A stretch of 64,000 bases of DNA from Nemertoderma westbladi (taxonomy: Eukaryota > Animalia > Xenacoelomorpha), in NCBI GenBank assembly GCA_032718475.1, contig JAUCBJ010000302.1:38490-102489 (forward strand), read 5' to 3'. The position numbers and the translations under genes are program-made. Positions 30,001 to 39,037 of the stretch are shown here, piece after piece; position 1 is the stretch's first letter, and the number at the start of each line of letters is the position of its first letter. The notes beneath the pieces are model-generated. The model was not told the origin of the DNA. It was given only the letters and a program-made list of their open reading frames with translations, and did no database searches.

Positions 30001-33000
30001 AATAGCTTCGCCATTCCACACTATGTAGTTTGTTAGATATTAAATAGCTTCGCCATTCCACACTATGTAGTTTGTTAGACATTAAATAGCTTCGCCATTC
30101 CACACTACGTAGTTTGTTAGACATTAAATAGCTTCGCCATTCCACACTATGTAGTTTGTTAGACATTAAATAGCTTCGCCATTCCACACTACGTAGTTTG
30201 TTAGACATTAAATAGCTTCGCCATTCCACACTATGTAGTTTGTTAGACATTAAATAGCTTTGCTATTGGACACTATGTAGTTTGTTAGACATTAAATAGC
30301 TTCGCCATTCCACACTATGTAGTTTGTTAGACATTAAATAGCTTTACTATTGGACACTATGTAGTTTGTTAGACATTAAATAGCTTTGCTATTAGACACT
30401 ATGTAGTTTGTTAGACATTAAATAGCTTCGCCATTCCACACTATGTAGTTTGTTAGACATTAAATAGCTTCGCCATTCCACACTATGTAGTTTGTTAGAC
30501 ATTAAATAGCTTTACTATTGGACACTATGTAGTTTGTTAGACATTAAATAGCTTCGCCATTCCACACTATGTAGTTTGTTAGACATTAAATAGCTTCGCC
30601 ATTCCACACTACGTAGTTTGTTAGACATTAAATAGCTTTGCTATTGGACACTATGTAGTTTGTTAGACATTAAATAGCTTTGCTATTGGACACTATGTAG
30701 TTTGTTAGACATTAAATAGCTTCGCCATTCCACACTATGTAGTTTGTTAGACATTAAATAGCTTTGCTATTGGACACTATGTAGTTTGTTAGACATTAAA
30801 TAGCTTCGCCATTCCACACTATGTAGTTTGTTAGACATTAAATAGCTTTGCTATTGGACACTATGTAGTTTGTTAGACATTAAATAGCTTCGCCATTCCA
30901 CACTATGTAGTTTGTTAGACATTAAATAGCTTTGCTATTGGACACTATGTAGTTTGTTAGACATTAAATAGCTTCGCCATTCCACACTATGTAGTTTGTT
31001 AGACATTAAATAGCTTCGCCATTCCACACTATGTAGTTTGTTAGACATTAAATAGCTTCGCCATTCCACACTATGTAGTTTGTTAGACATTAAATAGCTT
31101 TGCTATTGGACACTATGTAGTTTGTTAGACATTAAATAGCTTCGCCATTCCACACTATGTAGTTTGTTAGACATTAAATAGCTTTGCTATTGGACACTAT
31201 GTAGTTTGTTAGACATTAAATAGCTTCGCCATTCCACACTATGTAGTTTGTTAGACATTAAATAGCTTCGCCATTCCACACTATGTAGTTTGTTAGACAT
31301 TAAATAGCTTCGCCATTCCACACTATGTAGTTTGTTAGACATTAAATAGCTTTGCTATTGGACACTATGTAGTTTGTTAGACATTAAATAGCTTTGCTAT
31401 TGGACACTATGTAGTTTGTTAGACATTAAATAGCTTCGCCATTCCACACTATGTAGTTTGTTAGACATTAAATAGCTTCGCCATTCCACACTACGTAGTT
31501 TGTTAGACATTAAATAGCTTCGCCATTCCACACTACGTAGTTTGTTAGACATTAAATAGCTTTGCTATTGGACACTATGTAGTTTGTTAGACATTAAATA
31601 GCTTTGCTATTGGACACTATGTAGTTTGTTAGACATTAAATAGCTTTGCTATTGGACACTATGTAGTTTGTTAGACATTAAATAGCTTTGCTATTGGACA
31701 CTATGTAGTTTGTTAGACATTAAATAGCTTCGCCATTCCACACTATGTAGTTTGTTAGACATTAAATAGCTTTGCTATTGGACACTATGTAGTTTGTTAG
31801 ACATTAAATAGCTTTGCTATTGGACACTATGTAGTTTGTTAGACATTAAATAGCTTTGCTATTGGACACTATGTAGTTTGTTAGACATTAAATAGCTTTG
31901 CTATTGGACACTATGTAGTTTGTTAGACATTAAATAGCTTCGCCATTCCACACTATGTAGTTTGTTAGACATTAAATAGCTTTGCTATTCCACACTATGT
32001 AGTTTGTTAGACATTAAATAGCTTTGCTATTGGACACTATGTAGTTTGTTAGACATTAAATAGCTTCGCCATTCCACACTATGTAGTTTGTTAGACATTA
32101 AATAGCTTTGCTATTGGACACTATGTAGTTTGTTAGACATTAAATAGCTTCGCCATTCCACACTATGTAGTTTGTTAGACATTAAATAGCTTTGCTATTG
32201 GACACTATGTAGTTTGTTAGACATTAAATAGCTTCGCCATTCCACACTATGTAGTTTGTTAGACATTAAATAGCTTTGCTATTGGACACTATGTAGTTTG
32301 TTAGACATTAAATAGCTTTGCTATTGGACACTATGTAGTTTGTTAGACATTAAATAGCTTCGCCATTCCACACTATGTAGTTTGTTAGACATTAAATAGC
32401 TTCGCCATTCCACACTACGTAGTTTGTTAGACATTAAATAGCTTCGCCATTCCACACTACGTAGTTTGTTAGACATTAAATAGCTTTGCTATTGGACACT
32501 ATGTAGTTTGTTAGACATTAAATAGCTTCGCCATTCCACACTATGTAGTTTGTTAGACATTAAATAGCTTTGCTATTCCACACTATGTAGTTTGTTAGAC
32601 ATTAAATAGCTTTGCTATTGGACACTATGTAGTTTGTTAGACATTAAATAGCTTCGCCATTCCACACTATGTAGTTTGTTAGACATTAAATAGCTTTGCT
32701 ATTGGACACTATGTAGTTTGTTAGACATTAAATAGCTTCGCCATTCCACACTATGTAGTTTGTTAGACATTAAATAGCTTTGCTATTGGACACTATGTAG
32801 TTTGTTAGACATTAAATAGCTTCGCCATTCCACACTATGTAGTTTGTTAGACATTAAATAGCTTCGCCATTCCACACTATGTAGTTTGTTAGACATTAAA
32901 TAGCTTCGCCATTCCACACTATGTAGTTTGTTAGACATTAAATAGCTTCGCCATTCCACACTATGTAGTTTGTTAGACATTAAATAGCTTCGCCATTCCA

Positions 33001-34789
33001 CACTATGTAGTTTGTTAGACATTAAATAGCTTCGCCATTCCACACTATGTAGTTTGTTAGACATTAAATAGCTTCGCCATTCCACACTATGTAGTTTGTT
33101 AGACATTAAATCGCTTCGCCATTCCACACTATGTAGTTTGTTAGACATTAAATAGCTTCGCCATTCCACACTATGTAGTTTGTTAGACATTAAATAGCTT
33201 TGCTATTGGACACTATGTAGTTTGTTAGACATTAAATAGCTTTGCTATTGGACACTATGTAGTTTGTTAGACATTAAATAGCTTTGCTATTGGACACTAT
33301 GTAGTTTGTTAGACATTAAATAGCTTTGCTATTGGACACTATGTAGTTTGTTAGACATTAAATAGCTTTGCTATTGGACACTATGTAGTTTGTTAGACAT
33401 TAAATAGCTTTGCTATTGGACACTATGTAGTTTGTTAGACATTAAATAGCTTCGCCATTGCACACTATGTAGTTTGTTAGACATTAAATAGCTTTGCTAT
33501 TGGACACTATGTAGTTTGTTAGACATTAAATAGCTTTGCTATTGGACACTATGTAGTTTGTTAGACATTAAATAGCTTTGCTATTGGACACTATGTAGTT
33601 TGTTAGACATTAAATAGCTTTGCTATTGGACACTATGTAGTTTGTTAGACATTAAATAGCTTTGCTATTGGACACTATGTAGTTTGTTAGACATTAAATA
33701 GCTTCGCCATTGGACACTATGTAGTTTGTTAGACATTAAATAGCTTTGCTATTGGACACTATGTAGTTTGTTAGACATTAAATAGCTTTGCTATTGGACA
33801 CTATGTAGTTTGTTAGACATTAAATAGCTTTGCTATTGGACACTATGTAGTTTGTTAGACATTAAATAGCTTTGCTATTGGACACTATGTAGTTTGTTAG
33901 ACATTAAATAGCTTCGCCATTGCACACTATGTAGTTTGTTAGACATTAAATAGCTTTGCTATTGGACACTATGTAGTTTGTTAGACATTAAATAGCTTTG
34001 CTATTGGACACTATGTAGTTTGTTAGACATTAAATAGCTTTGCTATTGGACACTATGTAGTTTGTTAGACATTAAATAGTTTTGCCATTGCACACTATGT
34101 AGTTTGTTAGACATTAAATAGCTTTACTATTAGACACTATGTAGTTTGTTAGACATTAAATAGTTTTGCCATTGCACACTATGTAGTTTGTTAGACATTA
34201 AATAGCTTTGCTATTGGACACTATGTAGTTTGTTAGACATTAAATAGTTTTGCCATTGCACACTATGTAGTTTGTTAGACATTAAATAGCTTTGCTATTG
34301 GACACTATGTAGTTTGTTAGACATTAAATAGCTTTGCTATTGGACACTATGTAGTTTGTTAGACATTAAATAGCTTTGCTATTGGACACTATGTAGTTTG
34401 TTAGACATTAAATAGCTTTGCTATTGGACACTATGTAGTTTGTTAGACATTAAATAGCTTCGCCATTGCACACTATGTAGTTTGTTAGACATTAAATAGC
34501 TTTGCTATTGGACACTATGTAGTTTGTTAGACATTAAATAGCTTTGCTATTGGACACTATGTAGTTTGTTAGACATTAAATAGCTTTGCTATTGGACACT
34601 ATGTAGTTTGTTAGACATTAAATAGTTTTGCCATTGCACACTATGTAGTTTGTTAGACATTAAATAGCTTTACTATTAGACACTATGTAGTTTGTTAGAC
34701 ATTAAATAGTTTTGCCATTGCACACTATGTAGTTTGTTAGACATTAAATAGCTTTACTATTAGACACTATGTAGTTTGTTAGACATTAA
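1..34789. repeat. 42-bp tandem satellite (about 828 units, runs off the left edge), consensus tgtagtttgttagacattaaatagcttcgccattccacacta
   Basis: Exact 42-bp period throughout. Substitution variants only: tacgt/tatgt, aatagc/aatcgc, ttcgccattcc/tttgctattag/tttactattag/tttgctattgg, cacact/cactct, ttagac/ttatac. ORF-track stop positions stay congruent mod 42 (68, 950 and 29930 are all 26 mod 42), so there is no net indel. Lies downstream of exon 37711 on the minus strand. Confidence 0.99.
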
Positions 34790-36348
34790 CCCTATTAGTA
34801 CCGGGCTATAAAATGCTGTACAAATACCGGGAGGGGGTCATATTGACCCCCCCCCCCCCCTCTAAAATCTACAAATATTTACGAAAACGTCTGATTTTTT
34901 GTTTGTACTTAGGTATCACTTGTCTGGATCCGACCGAAAAAAAGAAATTTCGAAAAAATGTACTGGGGTGGTTATATTGCAGCACCAAAATTACAAGTAG
35001 TGCACAATTTTCACAAAATTTGAAAGTTACATTTTCGGCTAATTATTTTTCAATACAGGTTTTCTGGGGTGCAAAAAACATTGGAAAATATTTAAAAATG
35101 ATATGATTACTATAAATGGCCGTTTAGTCCTCTCTGCGTAGGAAAAAAATGAAAAAAACAAGTAACCAGCACTTTTCAGGTAAAACACAAAATTTTTAAT
35201 TCACTTATACGATGCTATAAATTCACATTTTCAGGTTTTCGAGGGCGCTGATTCTAATGGAATACATTTCTAATATGCCAGATCATTGATACTTGTATTT
35301 TTCGGCGTAATTTGGCAAATTTTGGTGCTAGCACCAAATTTCGTACCCATCACCAAAAAGTACAAGTTTGCGATGTCCAGTGCTGTTTTTATGGATTCCA
35401 TCGGATTCAGGACCCTCATAAACCCGTATAACGCAAGAAACAAGGTGATACTATCTACTGATAAATTTGCATATTTTCCAAAATTTGGTGCTGGCACAAC
35501 AATTTTCACCCACTGGCGAAAAATACCAGTTTGAGAACTCTTATGAAATTTTTACTGATTCCATTGAATTCAGAACCATCACAAACCCGTATAACGCAAG
35601 AAACAAGGTGACACAATCAATTGATATATTTGACGGTTTTCAAAATTTGGTGCTAGCACCACATTTTGCACCCACATCCGAAAAATACAAGTTTGAGATG
35701 TCTAGTTCGATAATTATTTATTCCATTGAATTCAGAACAGCCATAAACCTCTAAAACGCAAGAAATAAATTGTCACAAGCAATTTTATCTATCGAATGAA
35801 TTTTCAAAATTTCGTGCTAGCACCAAAATTTGCACACAGCACCGAAAAATACAAGTTTGATACGCTTGGTGCAACTCGTATATATTTCATCGAATCCAGA
35901 ACCCCAAAAAACCCCAATTGCGTAAAAAACAAGTTTCAAACAATCAATTTACAAAATTGACATAATTCAAAATTTGGTGCTGGCACCAAAATTTGGCACC
36001 CACCGAAAAAAACAAGTTTGAAATTTCTAAATCAATTTATATGAATTCCATCAAATTTCTAACACAAAAAAAACGGTGTAAATCAAAAATAGAGATGTTA
36101 CAATTCATATTTAATGAAATGTAATTTTCAAAAAACGTCTCAAAAAAAGTGCCAAAAGTAGGGTTAAAAAATGGTGCTATAACTCGAAAAGTACCCAATA
36201 TTTTTGAAAACGGTTTTCACTACTAGGAAGACAATAGATTTTTAGGAAAAGTCATAAAATTTCAGATTCCCAACTGCGTTTGTTTCAGAATTATAATAAA
36301 AAAATCACGGGAGGGGTCATATTGACCCCCCCCCCGGGTTTAATAGGG
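34790..36348. mobile_element. Non-autonomous piggyBac-type DNA transposon (MITE, 1559 bp) inserted in the TTAA of a satellite unit
   Basis: TTAA at 34786-34789 and 34790-36348 is followed by TTAA at 36349-36352; the satellite resumes in register. Termini CCCTATTAgtaCCGGG and CCCGGgttTAATAGGG form imperfect TIRs starting CCC. The subterminal palindrome GGGGTCA-TAT-TGACCCC occurs at both ends (about 34834 and 36313). No transposase ORF. A TTAA target duplication with CCC..GGG ends is the piggyBac signature. Confidence 0.9.
35290..36110. repeat. Five diverged ~163-bp tandem repeats inside the MITE, each with palindrome AAATTTGGTGCTAGCACCAAATTT
   Basis: GGTGCT(A/G)GCAC cores at 35324, 35487, 35649, 35813 and 35976 (spacing 163, 162, 164, 163), with shared flanks (gaaaaatacaagtttg, gaattcagaacc, aacgcaagaaacaag). 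Confidence 0.85.
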
Positions 36349-37142
36349 TTAAATAGCTTTGCTATTGGACACTACGTAGCTTGTTAGACATTAAATAGCT
36401 TTGCTATTGGACACTACGTAGTTTGTTAGACATTAAATAGCTTTGCTATTAGACACGATGTAGTTTGTTAGACATTAAATAGCTTTGCTATTAGACACTA
36501 TGTAGTTTGTTAGACATTAAATAGCTTTGCTATTAGACACTATGTAGTTTGTTAGACATTAAATAGCTTTGCTATGAGACACTATGTAGTTTGTTAGACA
36601 TTAAATAGCTTTGCTATTGGACACTATGTAGTTTGTTAGACATTAAATAGCTTTGCTATTGGACACTATGTAGTTTGTTAGAAATTAAATAGCTTTGCTA
36701 TGAGACACTATGCAGTTTGTTAGACATTAAATAGCTTTGCTATTGGACACTATGTAGTTTGTTAGACATTAAATAGCTTTGCTATTGGACACTATGTAGT
36801 TTGTTAGACATTAAATAGCTTTGCTATTGGACACTATGTAGTTTGTTAGACATTAAATAGCTTTGCTATTGGACACTATGTAGTTTGTTAGACATTAAAT
36901 AGCTTTGCTATGAGACACTATGCAGTTTGTTAGACATTAAATAGCTTTGCTATTGGACACTATGTAGTTTGTTAGACATTAAATAGCTTTGCTATTGGAC
37001 ACTATGTAGTTTGTTAGACATTAAATAGCTTTGCTATTGGACACTACGTAGTTTGTTAGACATTAAATAGCTTTGCTATTAGACACTATGTAGTTTGTTA
37101 GACATTAAATAACTTGGCTATTGGACACTACGTAGTTTGTTA
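36349..37142. repeat. Continuation and right end of the 42-bp satellite (about 19 units)
   Basis: Same unit, almost entirely tttgctatt(g/a)g variants, with extra private substitutions (ctatgag, tgcagt, aacttggc) toward the edge. Confidence 0.98.
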
Positions 37143-37491
37143 TAGTCTAACTAGAGCCAGGTATTGGAGATTTCGTAATATATTGGAAACAAACTAGCAT
37201 AACTATTTTGTAGTTATTTTGAAGATTTTATAGTTTGTTAGAACCCCAATCAGCTGTTATTTGAGTCGAATTTCCGCTGGGGAGAGGTGAATTTTTATTG
37301 CGTCGAAAGTCCCCCTTATCTGCGCCCACCACGTGAAAAATACCAGGATTTCCCTTTTCGATCGACTTTTTATTGGAATTTTATATATGAAGAATTTGTA
37401 TTTTTTTAAATTTATCTTTATAAGTGTTTTCTAGCGCTTATTTCTGTCTTATAACCTGTACATATACTAATTCGTTTATTGTTTTGGTTAG

Positions 37492-37627
37492 ATTCAGCCC
37501 TTCTGAACCAGTGGTTTTATGAAAACCTGAAACCTGGTACTCTTCACATAACTGTATACTGCAAAGTCAAATATAACAGCAGAAAGTCTGGTATACTTCA
37601 CATGGGCCTTCTTGTTAGATTCAAAAA
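37492..37627 (+). other. Candidate antisense (plus-strand) exon, 136 nt
   Basis: TACTAAT branch-like motif, then ttcgtttattgttttggttAG at 37490-37491, and AA|GTAAGT at 37628. One frame is open (SALLNQWFYENLKPGTLHITVYCKVKYNSRKSGILHMGLLVRFK). No homology recognised. Confidence 0.25.
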
Positions 37628-37710
37628 GTAAGTGGAGACTCATCATGAGTTTGTTGGAACCACATTTAGTTACTCAGTTAGTTGAGATGAGATGATACGA
37701 ATGAACTTAC

Positions 37711-37935
37711 AGCCAAATGAGACTAGGTAGATCGTTGCACAATGAGAGACGACTCAGGGATTCTGCTGTCAGTCTGTTGTTGTGGAGTTCCATCCAGAAG
37801 AGATCGGTTAATCCTTGGAACGTTCCGGGTTGCAACGCGTTCAGTTTGTTACCGTCGAGCATCAACCAGTCGAGTTGGGAAACCGGTTGGAAGGCTCCGG
37901 GTTCGATTACAGATATCGAGTTGTTCATTAGGAGT
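37711..37935 (-). CDS. LRR exon (225 nt, three LRRs, phase 2/2) of the RXFP/LGR-like receptor
   Basis: Acceptor poly-C...tatcccCAG (37937-37936) and donor CT|GTAAGT (37710). Reads LLMNNSISVIEPGAFQPVSQLDWLMLDGNKLNALQPGTFQGLTDLFWMELHNNRL...LCNDLPSLIWL with the LxxLxLxxNxL pattern. Confidence 0.93.
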
Positions 37936-38374
37936 CTGGGGATAGGGGGGTGGGGGGGGGGGGGGGGGGGGGGTGTTAATCGAATGTAGAAGAAAAGTAT
38001 ATTAGCGAAATGTAAAACATCTAAAAATGTATTATTTACTGTAAATTAATATCACAGTTAGTTTCAAAGTAGAACATATGAGATGTGTGAGAAATAAAAG
38101 TTAGTTCCCGCAGCCATTGTAAGTACTGGTTTTCCACAGCAAACATAATTAATTGTATTTGCTGTTAAGTTCGTGATTCGCACTGAATTACTTGCTTTTA
38201 CATTAAGTCTAGTACAACAGCAATGAGATATAAAGTATCATGGAGTGTTATCATAATGAATATATAATACATTATTAGGTCTTCTATGTATCTGATTAAA
38301 TGTAAAAAATGTGGTAAAATAAAAAACTTTAATCCAGAATATAGTGTAAAGTATATTCATGCAATAATACTAAC

Positions 38375-38446
38375 AATTTCCTTAAATTATCCAGCCCATT
38401 AAATGCATTTGATTCTATCTTTCTTATACTGTTGTCCAATAAGACC
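38375..38446 (-). CDS. Single-LRR exon (72 nt, phase 2/2)
   Basis: Acceptor cttttCAG (38448-38447) and donor TT|GTTAGT (38374). Reads VLLDNSIRKIESNAFNGLDNLRKL. The 72-nt phase-2 exon is the classic LGR/LRR exon module, and it joins both neighbours in frame. Confidence 0.92.
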
Positions 38447-38543
38447 CTGAAAAGTTCGAATAAATAGCTGATAAAGAGAACAAAATCTGGAATGCTGAAA
38501 ATGAACTGCAAAATAATTAACTTCGGAAAAGGAATTATTCAGC

Positions 38544-38670
38544 ATGTCCAAAGTTATTTTTTAAAACTTGCATTATAGTAGATAGAACTCTTTAGAACAC
38601 TTGTTGAAATTTAAATTAGTGTAATAGAAATCTTGATGAAACATACATTAATGTAATATAACTCTTGCAG
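38544..38670. repeat. Degenerate distal copies of the 32-bp satellite
   Basis: ttgttgaaatttaaattagtgtaatagaaatcttgatgaaacatacattaatgtaatataactcttg aligns to the 32-bp unit with several substitutions. Confidence 0.8.
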
Positions 38671-38673
38671 ATA

Positions 38674-39031
38674 CTACTAGGATCGGCATGCTGCATTGCA
38701 GCTGCATTTTTAAGAATGCTGCGCCGGCTTGTCGACAAAATTGCGCCGCCACAACTCCCTATCACCCATGACATTTGCTAGTTCATCCGCATCTTTAAGG
38801 CCAGTGTCCTTTAAGATGCGTCTCAAGAAAGTCATGGGCTGTCCACCATGCTTATTCACTCCATGAGGCTGCCAAAGTACAAGATTATGCACTGGCTGGT
38901 CCTCACGGCGAAAGCAATGTCCTGCAAAGCGGAGGCGATTTTGTTCTAGTGTCAAGCTTGGGGGAACCAATGAGACACCTCCAATGTTATATAGTGTCTG
39001 GTTGGAGATGTGTGCATTGTACTTGACACAA
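38674..39031 (-). mobile_element. 5'-truncated non-LTR retrotransposon (RTE/CR1-like LINE 3' end) with 9-bp target-site duplication
   Basis: Encodes RLRFAGHCFRR...LVLWQP...GGQP...DRELWRR, the typical post-RT C-terminal motif set (RLxWxGHxxR, GRP, DRxxWR). Flanked by TTGCAGATA at 38665-38673 and 39032-39040. A second copy lies at 60222-60715. Confidence 0.85.
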
Positions 39032-39037
39032 TTGCAG

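Noticed and set aside
68-33190. Dozens of MSNKLxSVEWRSYL repeat ORFs (up to 596 aa) as independent genes
   Set aside because: They follow from a 42-bp period with an ATG in every unit, ended at random by stop variants. There is no promoter or unique sequence. Only the possible exon origin is kept as a finding.
34813-35754. Short ORFs in the MITE as transposase
   Set aside because: No DDD/DDE motifs, and the frames derive from the internal 163-bp repeats.
1-37142. Centromeric or telomeric satellite
   Set aside because: No telomeric motif, and the array directly follows an internal exon of a gene. A centromere role cannot be supported from sequence alone.
37717-37989. Plus-strand ORFs of 90 and 67 aa
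   Set aside because: Antisense shadows of the LRR exon and the G-run.
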